Positions 37,826 to 51,721 of a DNA stretch of 64,000 bases are shown piece after piece (position 1 is the first letter of the stretch; each line of letters starts with the position of its first letter). The stretch comes from Haliotis cracherodii. Taxonomy: Eukaryota. The position numbers and the translations under genes are program-made. The stretch spans positions 68,448,001-68,512,000 of the forward strand of contig NW_027266286.1 in NCBI RefSeq assembly GCF_022045235.1, given 5' to 3'. Below the pieces are notes generated by a model that had not been told where the DNA came from, did not search any database, and saw only the letters and a program-made list of their open reading frames with translations.

Positions 37826-40028
37826 CCTGTCAGTTACGTTGTTTATCCACGAGAGAATAAACAATTTAAATGTCTCTTTTGGGATTCACACCGCCTTATA
37901 TACATGTGGTACAGGAAATCAGGATGTTGAATGTAAATGCCCACATTGGAAGATTTTGGTAAATAAAATTCCAATGAGACTTTTTACAACTTTAGAGCGT
38001 GAAGAATGAATCTCTATTTTGTAATATCACATACGACACTGCCACCTGCCTCTCTGTATTAGGCATATCTTCCTGCATAATTATTAAATGCAAACTGTGT
38101 ATTTGTGACCTAACCTGGCACCCTGTGGCTATCTCACTGCCGGGAAGCATGATAGATTTAGTGGTTCATCCAATGCAATTACAGCTACAGACCGTTTTGT
38201 GAAAAACTTGAATGGAGATAGAATATTTTAAATGAAGGATAAATGCTGACCTTTAGAATTTCGTTGGGTGCAAGTACTGAGTCTACTGAGCTACCATGAC
38301 TTGGAGTCAAAGGACGTTTATCAACGTATGTCAAATACGTCTTTAAAAGCAGAGGTTGTGGGAAGCTAATTATTCATCTATTCATAATCAAACTTTATGT
38401 GAAGTTGGATTTTTCAAGTGTGTGATATATTTCAAAGTTTGAATACCTACCCGAATAACTTCAAAGTCTCATTATTTTCTACAATAAAACAGGGTGAAAG
38501 CTGATGATATACGTTCTTTGGTTTTCTGGCCTATAACACACGAATGAACACAGGGAAATCATTCCATCCCTGCCCACATTACTTTTCAAAGGAACTCTTC
38601 CATCTAAGTTTATCTCGTGTGTGTATATATGTGTGTGTTTGGGAGTGTGTGGGAGAGAATGTTCACGTCACATTTTATGCTATTTCGTAACTGGCCCAAA
38701 CACTAAACAATGATGAAATGCATGAACATTTTCTAAAGAGTGGTCAAATCTCAGCTTTCGAACACCACATGTGGACAGGATATACTTATCCATCACACGA
38801 ATACCTGATGAAACCACTATCTCCGCAGGAACATGGATGTGGTGGTAGTTTATGACAGGCACTAGGGGCTTCAACCGTCAATCTATGACCCATGTATGAC
38901 CCCCTTCCTGCCCAGCATTACCCACACCCACCCACCAAGCTATAGCACGAGAGATGAACATTCATCTGGCGTCAGAGCACAATTATTCGTCATTCTTTGC
39001 TATCTACAGTGGCATGCCAATTCATACTGATTAATATCGCCCTTGCTGACTAACCTGTTACTTATCATTTGAACAGCAAAATACCAGTCTGGGTCCACCA
39101 GCTCGACTTCCAAGTAAACGCTGTCAACAACGGTCACTGAAAGTATCGAGCCGAAACACACCCATCGGCCTTCAACTGGGGGTCAAATCATGGGAAGTTC
39201 GAGTCAATATCATGCACACATTTTGGATCAAAACAAATTACCAACACAATACAATGTCCAATCTTGCATTTAAGCTATCACAAGTCACTCCAAACATATC
39301 TGACACAGACTCAACAACCCATTCAAACGGGGGACTATATTCTCCTATTTACCTTCCGGGTCATGGTAAAACTTAGGGGACGTAACTGTGGTCTCGGGCC
39401 TAGTCTATCTTAGAGCGAATCTGCTCCTTGACCATTCATATTGCGCTGGACTCTTGAAAAAAACAGAAAACAAACCAATTGGATTTGGTTTAGAGTGGGC
39501 TTTCTCTTGAGATCGTGCCGTTGTATTGGTGGATCGCTGCTCAACTGTATAAGCTCTTAATTCTATCGGCATTGCATGAGTGCATTGAGGCACGTGTCAC
39601 AGTTTTATTTGGACATGCACACGGCTGTAATTATAAGCCAGGTGGACGTTTAGAGGCCATAATGATAGTACGATACTAAATGGGACTTCATGCATTTTCG
39701 GACAGAAACAGTCTACTTGCTTTGTTCAACATGTGTATAGGTTTATTGGCAGGCCTTCGAGGTTCCTAACCTTGGTGGGAATGATTCCAAAGTGACAATC
39801 ACTATGCAGGACACTGAAAAGTAAGTAGGGAAACTAGCTCATACAATCTTGAATTTGATTGTACTTGAAGAAAATATAACCAAAGATATATTTACAATAT
39901 AAACCACAGCTTTATTTGTACTCGTTGAGAAATAGACAGAATGAATGGATGCAGCATGGTGAGTGCAATCGACAAATATGATATCAAATGTCCAGCACTT
40001 GATGTGAATATGATGATCCTTGAATCTT

Positions 40029-40596
40029 TTAACCGTGGTGTCCGCCTCCATGACCACCACCTCCATGACCACCTCCTCCGTGACCACCTCCTCCGTGGCC
40101 ACCACCTCCGTGTCCTCCTCCTCCTCCTCCATGGCCACCACCTCCGTGTCCTCCTCCTCCTCCTCCTCCTCCATGGCCACCACCTCCGTGACCTCCACCA
40201 CCGTGACCGCCGCCTCCGTGACCACCACCACCACCACCGTGGCCGCCTCCGCCTCCGCCTCCGTGGCCTCCGCCTCCATGGCCGCCACCACCACCACCAT
40301 GGCCACCAAGGGCGGAGCCAAGGAAGACTGTGAAGAATGTACAGAAACAACAATACATAAGTGGTCATATATGACAGGATACACACACACACACAAAATC
40401 CGTCCACCATTCCTGATACAGTTTAGACTATGGTAGAAACTATCCTATTCATTACGTTGTCAGCAAATCGAAAAGCCACTTAAAACTCAGCAAGAGCTAA
40501 TAAAGTTGATTATTACAAAGTTTAAGATTGCGAATTCTCATCAGATAAGGCACACTTACCCAAGACTACAACAACTGCAACGTTAAGAAGGCGCAT
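40029..40596 (-). CDS. Gly/His polypeptide precursor, copy 15 (111 aa; join 40596..40560, 40327..40029)
   Basis: Intact; one internal module fewer than copy 1. Confidence 0.9.
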
Positions 40597-42807
40597 CCTG
40601 TCAGTTACGTTGTTTATCCACGAGAGAATAAACAATTTAAATGTCTCTTTTGGGATTCACACCGCCTTATATACATGTGGTACAGGAAATCAGGATGTTG
40701 AATGTAAATGCCCACATTGGAAGATTTTAGTAAATAAAATTCCAATGAGACTTTTTACAACTTTAGAGCGTGAAGAATGAATCTCTATTTTGTAATATCA
40801 CATACGACACTGCCACCTGCCTCCCTGTATTAGGCATATCTTCCTGCATAATTATTAAATGCAAACTGTGTATTTGTGACCTAACCTGGCACCCTGTGGC
40901 TATCTCACTGCCGGGAAGCATGATAGATTTAGTGGTTCATCCAATGCAATTACAGCTACAGACCGTTTTGTGAAAAACTTGAATGGAGATAGAATATTTT
41001 AAATGAAGGATAAATGCTGACCTTTAGAATTTCGTTGGGTGCAAGTACTGAGTCTACTGAGCTACCATGACTTGGAGTCAAAGGACGTTTATCAACGTAT
41101 GTCAAATACGTCTTTAAAAGCAGAGGTTGTGGGAAGCTAATTATTCATCTATTCATATTCAAACTTTATGTGAAGTTGGATTTTTCAAGTGTGTGATATA
41201 TTTCAAAGTTTGAATACCTGCCCGAATAATTTCAAAGTCTCATAATTTTCTACAATAAAACAGGGTGAAAGCTGATGATATACGCTCTTTGGTTTTCTGG
41301 CCTATAACACACGAATGAACAAAGGGAAATCATTCCATCCCTGCCCACATTACTTTTCAAAGGAACTCTTCCATCTAAGTTTATCTCGTGTGTGTATATG
41401 TGTGTGTTTGGGAGTGTTTGGGAGTGTTTGGGAGAGAAAGTTCACGTCACATTTTATGCTATTTCGTAACTGGCCCAAACACTAAACAATGATGAAATGC
41501 ATGAACATTTTCTAAAGAGTGGTAAAATCTCAGCTTTCGAACACCACATGTGGACAGGATATACTTATCCATCACACGAATACCTGATGAAACCACTATC
41601 TCCGCAGGAACATGGATGTGGTGGTAGTTTATGACAGGCACTAGGGGCTTCAACCGTCAATCTATGACCCATGTATGACCCCCTTCCTGCCAAGCATTAC
41701 CCACACCCACCCACCAAGCTATAGCACCAGAGATGAACATTCATCTGGCGTCAGAGCACAATTATTCGTCATTCTTTGCTATCTACAGTGGCATGCCAAT
41801 TCATACTGATTAATATCGCCCTTGCTGACTAACCTGTTACTTATCATTTGAACAGCAAAATACCAGTCTGGGTCCACCAGCTCGACTTCCAAGTAAACGC
41901 TGTCAACAACGGTCACTGAAAGTATCGAGCCGAAACACACCCATCGGCCTTCAACTGGGGGTCAAATCATGGGAAGTTCGAGTCAATATCATGCACACAT
42001 TTTGGATCAAAACAAATTACCAACACAATACAATGTCCAATCTTGCATTTAAGCTATCACAAGTCACTCCAAACATATCTGACACAGACTCAACAAGCCA
42101 TTCAAACGGGGGACTATATTCTCCTATTTACCTTCCGGGTCATGGTAAAACTTAGGGGACGTAACTGTGGTCTCGGGCCTAGTCTATCTTAGAGCGAATC
42201 TGCTCCTTGACCATTCATATTGCGCTGGACTCTTGAAAAAAACAGAAAACAAACCAATTGGATTTGGTTTAGAGTGGGCTTTCTCTTGAGATCGTGCCGT
42301 TGTATTGGTGGATCGCTGCTCAACTGTATAAGCTCTTAATTCTATCGGCATTGCATGAGTGCATTGAGGCACGTGTCACAGTTTTATTTGGACATGCACA
42401 CGGCTGTAATTATAAGCCAGGTGGACGTTTAGAGGCCATAATGATAGTACGATACTAAATGGGACTTCATGCATTTTCGGACAGAAACAGTCTACTTGCT
42501 TTGTTCAACATGTGTATAGGTTTATTGGCAGGCCTTCGAGGTTCCTAACCTTGGTGGGAATGATTCCAAAGTGACAATCACTATGCAGGACACTGAAAAG
42601 TAAGTAGGGAAACTAGCTCATACAATCTTGAATTTGATTGTACTTGAAGAAAATATAACCAAAGATATATTTACAATATAAACCACAGCTTTATTTGTAC
42701 TCGTTGAGAAATAGACAGAATGAATGGATGCAGCATGGTGAGTGTAATCGACAAATATGATATCAAATGTCCAGCACTTGATGTGAATATGATGATCCTT
42801 GAATCTT

Positions 42808-43372
42808 TTAACCGTGGTGTCCGCCTCCATGACCACCACCTCCATGACCACCTCCTCCGTGACCACCTCCTCCGTGGCCACCACCTCCGTGTCCTCCTCC
42901 TCCTCCTCCATGGCCACCACCTCCGTGTCCTCCTCCTCCTCCTCCTCCATGGCCACCACCTCCGTGACCTCCACCACCGTGACCGCCGCCTCTGTGACCA
43001 CCACCACCACCACCGTGGCCGCCTCCGCCTCCGCCTCCGTGGCCTCCGCCTCCATGGCCGCCACCACCACCACCATGGCCACCAAGGGCGGAGCCAAGGA
43101 AGACTGTGAAGAATGTACAGAAACAACAATACATAAGTGGTCATATATGACAGGATACACACACACACACAAAATCCGTCCACCATTCCTGATACAGTTT
43201 AGACTATGGTAGAAACTATCCTATTCATTACGTTGTCAGCAAATCGAAAAGCCACTTAAAACTCAGCAAGAGCTAATAAAGTTGATTATTACAAAGTTTA
43301 AGATTGCGAATTCTCATCAGATAAGGCACACTTACCCAAGACTACAACAACTGCAACGTTAAGAAGGCGCAT
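42808..43372 (-). CDS. Gly/His polypeptide precursor, copy 16 (110 aa, one Gly>Arg; join 43372..43336, 43103..42808)
   Basis: Intact; GGA>AGA gives ...GHRGGGH... Confidence 0.9.
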
Positions 43373-45583
43373 CCTGTCAGTTACGTTGTTTATCCACGAG
43401 AGAATAAACAATTTAAATGTCTCTTTTGGGATTCACACCGCCTTATATACATGTGGTACAGGAAATCAGGATGTTGAATGTAAATGCCCACATTGGAAGA
43501 TTTTAGTAAATAAAATTCCAATGAGACTTTTTACAACTTTAGAGCGTGAAGAATGAATCTCTATTTTGTAATATCACATACGACACTGCCACCTGCCTCC
43601 CTGTATTAGGCATATCTTCCTGCATAATTATTAAATGCAAACTGTGTATTTGTGACCTAACCTGGCACCCTGTGGCTATCTCACTGCCGGGAAGCATGAT
43701 AGATTTAGTGGTTCATCCAATGCAATTACAGCTACAGACCGTTTTGTGAAAAACTTGAATGGAGATAGAATATTTTAAATGAAGGATAAATGCTGACCTT
43801 TAGAATTTCGTGGGGTGCAAGTACTGAGTCTACTGAGCTACCATGACTTGGAGTCAAAGGACGTTTATCAACGTATGTCAAATACGTCTTTAAAAGCAGA
43901 GGTTGTGGGAAGCTAATTATTCATCTATTCATAATCAAACTTTAGGTGAAGTTGGATTTTTCAAGTGTGTGATATATTTCAAAGTTTGAATACCTGCCCG
44001 AATAATTTCAAAGTCTCATAATTTTCTACAATAAAACAGGGTGAAAGCTGATGATATACGCTCTTTGGTTTTCTGGCCTATAACACACGAATGAACACAG
44101 GGAAATCATTCCATCCCTGCCCACATTACTTTTCAAAGGAACTCTTCCATCTAAGTTTATCTCGTGTGTGTATATGTGTGTGTTTGGGAGTGTTTGGGAG
44201 TGTTTGGGAGAGAAAGTTCACGTCACATTTTATGCTATTTCGTAACTGGCCCAAACACTAAACAATGATGAAATGCATGAACATTTTCTAAAGAGTGGTA
44301 AAATCTCAGCTTTCGAACACCACATGTGGACAGGATATACTTATCCATCACACGAATACCTGATGAAACCACTATCTCCGCAGGAACATGGATGTGGTGG
44401 TAGTTTATGACAGGCACTAGGGGCTTCAACCGTCAATCTATGACCCATGTATGACCCCCTTCCTGCCAAGCATTACCCACACCCACCCACCAAGCTATAG
44501 CACCAGAGATGAACATTCATCTGGCGTCAGAGCACAATTATTCGTCATTCTTTGCTATCTACAGTGGCATGCCAATTCATACTGATTAATATCGCCCTTG
44601 CTGACTAACCTGTTACTTATCATTTGAACAGCAAAATACCAGTCTGGGTCCACCAGCTCGACTTCCAAGTAAACGCTGTCAACAACGGTCACTGAAAGTA
44701 TCGAGCCGAAACACACCCATCGGCCTTCAACTGGGGGTCAAATCATGGGAAGTTCGAGTCAATATCATGCACACATTTTGGATCAAAACAAATTACCAAC
44801 ACAATACAATGTCCAATCTTGCATTTAAGCTATCACAAGTCACTCCAAACATATCTGACACAGACTCAACAACCCATTCAAACGGGGGACTATATTCTCC
44901 TATTTACCTTCCGGGTCATGGTAAAACTTAGGGGACGTAACTGTGGTCTCGGGCCTAGTCTATCTTAGAGCGAATCTGCTCCTTGACCATTCATATTGCG
45001 CTGGACTCTTGAAAAAAACAGAAAACAAACCAATTGGATTTGGTTTAGAGTGGGCTTTCTCTTGAGATCGTGCCGTTGTATTGGTGGATCGCTGCTCAAC
45101 TGTATAAGCTCTTAATTCTATCGGCATTGCATGAGTGCATTGAGGCACGTGTCACAGTTTTATTTGGACATGCACACGGCTGTAATTATAAGCCAGGTGG
45201 ACGTTTAGAGGCCATAATGATAGTACGATACTAAATGGGACTTCATGCATTTTCGGACAGAAACAGTCTACTTGCTTTGTTCAACATGTGTATAGGTTTA
45301 TTGGCAGGCCTTCGAGGTTCCTAACCTTGGTGGGAATGATTCCAAAGTGACAATCACTATGCAGGACACTGAAAAGTAAGTAGGGAAACTAGCTCATACA
45401 ATCTTGAATTTGATTGTACTTGAAGAAAATATAACCAAAGATATATTTACAATATAAACCACAGCTTTATTTGTACTCGTTGAGAAATAGACAGAATGAA
45501 TGGATGCAGCATGGTGAGTGTAATCGACAAATATGATATCAAATGTCCAGCACTTGATGTGAATATGATGATCCTTGAATCTT

Positions 45584-46149
45584 TTAACCGTGGTGTCCGC
45601 CTCCATGACCACCACCTCCATGACCACCTCCTCCGTGACCACCTCCTCCGTGGCCACCACCTCCGTGTCCTCCTCCTCCTCCTCCATGGCCACCACCTCC
45701 GTGTCCTCCTCCTCCTCCTCCTCCTCCATGGCCACCACCTCCGTGACCTCCACCACCGTGACCGCCGCCTCCGTGACCACCACCACCACCACCGTGGCCG
45801 CCTCCGCCTCCGCCTCCGTGGCCTCCGCCTCCATGGCCGCCACCACCACCACCATGGCCACCAAGGGCGGAGCCAAGGAAGACTGTGAAGAATGTACAGA
45901 AACAACAATACATAAGTGGTCATATATGACAGGATACACACACACACAAAATCCGTCCACCATTCCTGATACAGTTTAGACCATGGTAGAAACTATCCTA
46001 TTCATTACGTTGTCAGCAAATCGAAAAGCCACTTAAAACTCAGCAAGAGCTAATAAAGTTGATTATTACAAAGTTTAAGATTGCGAATTCTCATCAGATA
46101 AGGCACACTTACCCAAGACTACAACAACTGCAACGTTAAGAAGGCGCAT
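45584..46149 (-). CDS. Gly/His polypeptide precursor, copy 17 (111 aa; join 46149..46113, 45882..45584)
   Basis: Intact; intron is 230 bp. Confidence 0.9.
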
Positions 46150-48360
46150 CCTGTCAGTTACGTTGTTTATCCACGAGAGAATAAGCAATTTAAATGTCTC
46201 TTTTGGGATTCACAACGCCTTATATACATGTGGTACAGGAAATCAGGATGTTGAATGTAAATGCCCACATTGGAAGATTTTAGTAAATAAAATTCCAATG
46301 AGACTTTTTACAACTTTAGAGCGTGAAGAATGAATCTCTATTTTGTAATATCACATACGACACTGCCACCTGCCTCTCTGTATTAGGCATATCTTCCTGC
46401 ATAATTATTAAATGCAAACTGTGTATTTGTGACCTAACCTGGCACCCTGTGGCTATCTCACTGCCGGGAAGCATGATAGATTTAGTGGTTCATCCAATGC
46501 AATTACAGCTACAGACCGTTTTGTGAAAAACTTGAATGGAGATAGAATATTTTAAATGAAGGATAAATGCTGACCTTTAGAATTTCGTTGGGTGCAAGTA
46601 CTGAGTCTACTGAGCTACCATGACTTGGAGTCAAAGGACGTTTATCAACGTATGTCAAATACGTCTTTAAAAGCAGAGGTTGTGGGAAGCTAATTATTCA
46701 TCTATTCATAATCAAACTTTAGGTGAAGTTGGATTTTTCAAGTGTGTGATATATTTCAAAGTTTGAATACCTGCCCGAATAATTTCAAAGTCTCATTATT
46801 TTCTACAATAAAACAGGGTGAAAGCTGATGATATACGCTCTTTGGTTTTCTGGCCTATAACACACGAATGAACACAGGGAAATCATTCCATCCCTGCCCA
46901 CATTACTTTTCAAAGGAACTCTTCCATCTAAGTTTATCTCGTGTGTGTATATGTGTGTGTTTGGGAGTGTTTGGGAGTGTTTGGGAGAGAAAGTTCACGT
47001 CACATTTTATGCTATTTCGTAACTGGCCCAAACACTAAACAATGATGAAATGCATGAACATTTTCTAAAGAGTGGTAAAATCTCAGCTTTCGAACACCAC
47101 ATGTGGACAGGATATACTTATCCATCACACGAATACCTGATGAAACCACTATCTCCGCAGGAACATGGATGTGGTGGTAGTTTATGACAGGCACTAGGGG
47201 CTTCAACCGTCAATCTATGACCCATGTATGACCCCCTTCCTGCCAAGCATTACCCACACCCACCCACCAAGCTATAGCACCAGAGATGAACATTCATCTG
47301 GCGTCAGAGCACAATTATTCGTCATTCTTTGCTATCTACAGTGGCATGCCAATTCATACTGATTAATATCGCCCTTGCTGACTAACCTGTTACTTATCAT
47401 TTGAACAGCAAAATACCAGTCTGGGTCCACCAGCTCGACTTCCAAGTAAACGCTGTCAACAACGGTCACTGAAAGTATCGAGCCGAAACACACCCATCGG
47501 CCTTCAACTGGGGGTCAAATCATGGGAAGTTCGAGTCAATATCATGCACACATTTTGGATCAAAACAAATTACCAACACAATACAATGTCCAATCTTGCA
47601 TTTAAGCTATCACAAGTCACTCCAAACATATCTGACACAGACTCAACAAGCCATTCAAACGGGGGACTATATTCTCCTATTTACCTTCCGGGTCATGGTA
47701 AAACTTAGGGGACGTAACTGTGGTCTCGGGCCTAGTCTATCTTAGAGCGAATCTGCTCCTTGACCATTCATATTGCGCTGGACTCTTGAAAAAAACAGAA
47801 AACAAACCAATTGGATTTGGTTTAGAGTGGGCTTTCTCTTGAGATCGTGCCGTTGTATTGGTGGATCGCTGCTCAACTGTATAAGCTCTTAATTCTATCG
47901 GCATTGCATGAGTGCATTGAGGCACGTGCCACAGTTTTATTTGGACATGCACACGGCTGTAATTATAAGCCAGGTGGACGTTTAGAGGCCATAATGATAG
48001 TACGATACTAAATGGGACTTCATGCATTTTCGGACAGAAACAGTCTACTTGCTTTGTTCAACATGTGTATAGGTTTATTGGCAGGCCTTCGAGGTTCCTA
48101 ACCTTGGTGGGAATGATTCCAAAGTGACAATCACTATGCAGGACACTGAAAAGTAAGTAGGGAAACTAGCTCATACAATCTTGAATTTGATTGTACTTGA
48201 AGAAAATATAACCAAAGATATATTTACAATATAAACCACAGCTTTATTTGTACTCGTTGAGAAATAGACAGAATGAATGGATGCAGCATGGTGAGTGCAA
48301 TCGACAAATATGATATCAAATGTCCAGCACTTGATGTGAATATGATGATCCTTGAATCTT

Positions 48361-48922
48361 TTAACCGTGGTGTCCGCCTCCATGACCACCACCTCCATGA
48401 CCACCTCCTCCGTGACCACCTCCTCCGTGGCCACCACCTCCGTGTCCTCCTCCTCCTCCTCCATGGCCACCACCTCCGTGTCCTCCTCCTCCTCCTCCTC
48501 CATGGCCACCACCTCCGTGACCTCCACCACCGTGACCGCCGCCTCCGTGACCACCACCACCACCGTGGCCGCCTCCGCCTCCGCCTCCGTGGCCTCCGCC
48601 TCCATGGCCGCCACCACCACCACCATGGCCACCAAGGGCGGAGCCAAGGAAGACTGTGAAGAATGTACAGAAACAACAATACATAAGTGGTCATATATGA
48701 CAGGATACACACACACACACAAAATCCGTCCACCATTCCTGATACAGTTTAGACCATGGTAGAAACTATCCTATTCATTACGTTGTCAGCAAATCGAAAA
48801 GCCACTTAAAACTCAGCAAGAGCTAATAAAGTTGATTATTACAAAGTTTAAGATTGCGAATTCTCATCAGATAAGGCACACTTACCCAAGACTACAACAA
48901 CTGCAACGTTAAGAAGGCGCAT
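48361..48922 (-). CDS. Gly/His polypeptide precursor, copy 18 (109 aa; join 48922..48886, 48653..48361)
   Basis: Start, splice sites and stop are intact. Confidence 0.9.
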
Positions 48923-51123
48923 CCTGTCAGTTACGTTGTTTATCCACGAGAGAATAAACAATTTAAATGTCTCTTTTGGGATTCACACCGCCTTATATAC
49001 ATGTGGTACAGGAAATCAGGATGTTGAATGTAAATGCCCACATTGGAAGATTTTAGTAAATAAAATTCCAATGAGACTTTTTACAACTTTAGAGCGTGAA
49101 GAATGAATCTCTATTTTGTAATATCACATACGACACTGCCACCTGCCTCTCTGTATTAGGCATATCTTCCTGCATAATTATTAAATGCAAACTGTGTATT
49201 TGTGACCTAACCTGGCACCCTGTGGCTATCTCACTGCCGGGAAGCATGATAGATTTAGTGGTTCATCCAATGCAATTACAGCTACAGACCGTTTTGTGAA
49301 AAACTTGAATGGAGATAGAATATTTTAAATGAAGGATAAATGCTGACCTTTAGAATTTCGTTGGGTGCAAGTACTGAGTCTACTGAGCTACCATGACTTG
49401 GAGTCAAAGGACGTTTATCAACGTATGTCAAATACGTCTTTAAAAGCAGAGGTTGTGGGAAGCTAATTATTCATCTATTCATAATCAAACTTTATGTGAA
49501 GTTGGATTTTTCAAGTGTGTGATATATTTCAAAGTTTGAATACCTGCCCGAATAATTTCAAAGTCTCATTATTTTCTACAATAAAACAGGGTGAAAGCTG
49601 ATGATATACGCTCTTTGGTTTTCTGGCCTATAACACACGAATGAACACAGGGAAATCATTCCATCCCTGCCCACATTACTTTTCAAAGGAACTCTTCCAT
49701 CTAAGTTTATCTCGTGTGTGTATATGTGTGTGTTTGGGAGTGTTTGGGAGAGAAAGTTCACGTCACATTTTATGCTATTTCGTAACTGGCCCAAACACTA
49801 AACAATGATGAAATGCATGAACATTTTCTAAAGAGTGGTAAAATCTCAGCTTTCGAACACCACATGTGGACAGGATATACTTATCCATCACACGAATACC
49901 TGATGAAACCACTATCTCCGCAGGAACATGGATGTGGTGGTAGTTTATGACAGGCACTAGGGGCTTCAACCGTCAATCTATGACCCATGTATGACCCCCT
50001 TCCTGCCAAGCATTACCCACACCCACCCACCAAGCTATAGCACCAGAGATGAACATTCATCTGGCGTCAGAGCACAAGTATTCGTCATTCTTTGCTATCT
50101 ACAGTGGCATGCCAATTCATACTGATTAATATCGCCCTTGCTGACTAACCTGTTACTTATCATTTGAACAGCAAAATACCAGTCTGGGTCCACCAGCTCG
50201 ACTTCCAAGTAAACGCTGTCAACAACGGTCACTGAAAGTATCGAGCCGAAACACACCCATCGGCCTTCAACTGGGGGTCAAATCATGGGAAGTTCGAGTC
50301 AATATCATGCACACATTTTGGATCAAAACAAATTACCAACACAATACAATGTCCAATCTTGCATTTAAGCTATCACAAGTCACTCCAAACATATCTGACA
50401 CAGACTCAACAAGCCATTCAAACGGGGGACTATATTCTCCTATTTACCTTCCGGGTCATGGTAAAACTTAGGGGACGTAACTGTGGTCTCGGGCCTAGTC
50501 TATCTTAGAGCGAATCTGCTCCTTGACCATTCATATTGCGCTGGACTCTTGAAAAAAACAGAAAACAAACCAATTGGATTTGGTTTAGAGTGGGCTTTCT
50601 CTTGAGATCGTGCCGTTGTATTGGTGGATCGCTGCTCAACTGTATAAGCTCTTAATTCTATCGGCATTGCATGGGTGCATTGAGGCACGTGCCACAGTTT
50701 TATTTGGACATGCACACGGCTGTAATTATAAGCCAGGTGGACGTTTAGAGGCCATAATGATAGTACGATACTAAATGGGACTTCATGCATTTTCGGACAG
50801 AAACAGTCTACTTGCTTTGTTCAACATGTGTATAGGTTTATTGGCAGGCCTTCGAGGTTCCTAACCTTGGTGGGAATGATTCCAAAGTGACAATCACTAT
50901 GCAGGACACTGAAAAGTAAGTAGGGAAACTAGCTCATACAATCTTGAATTTGATTGTACTTGAAGAAAATATAACCAAAGATATATTTACAACATAAACC
51001 ACAGCTTTATTTGTACTCGTTGAGAAATAGACAGAATAAATGGATGCAGCATGGTGAGTGCAATCGACAAATATGATATCAAATGTCCAGCACTTGATGT
51101 GAATATGATGATCCTTGAATCTT

Positions 51124-51721
51124 TTAACCGTGGTGTCCGCCTCCATGACCACCACCTCCATGACCACCTCCTCCGTGACCACCTCCTCCGTGGCCACCAC
51201 CTCCGTGTCCTCCTCCTCCTCCTCCATGGCCACCACCTCCGTGTCCTCCTCCTCCTCCTCCATGGCCACCACCTCCGTGTCCTCCTCCTCCTCCTCCATG
51301 GCCACCACCTCCGTGACCTCCACCACCGTGACCGCCGCCTCCGTGACCTCCACCACCACCACCGTGGCCGCCTCCGCCTCCGCCTCCGTGGCCTCCGCCT
51401 CCATGGCCGCCACCACCACCACCATGGCCACCAAGGGCGGAGCCAAGGAAGACTGTGAAGAATGTACAGAAACAACAATACATAAGTGGTCATATATGAC
51501 AGGATACACACACACACACAAAATCCGTCCACCATTCCTGATACAGTTTAGACCATGGTAGAAACTATCCTATTCATTACGTTGTCAGCAAATCGAAAAG
51601 CCACTTAAAACTCAGCAAGAGCTAATAAAGTTGATTATTACAAAGTTTAAGATTGCAAATTCTCATCAGATAAGGCACACTTACCCAAGACTACAACAAC
51701 TGCAACGTTAAGAAGGCGCAT
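51124..51721 (-). CDS. Gly/His polypeptide precursor, copy 19 (121 aa; join 51721..51685, 51452..51124)
   Basis: Start, splice sites and stop are intact. Confidence 0.9.
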
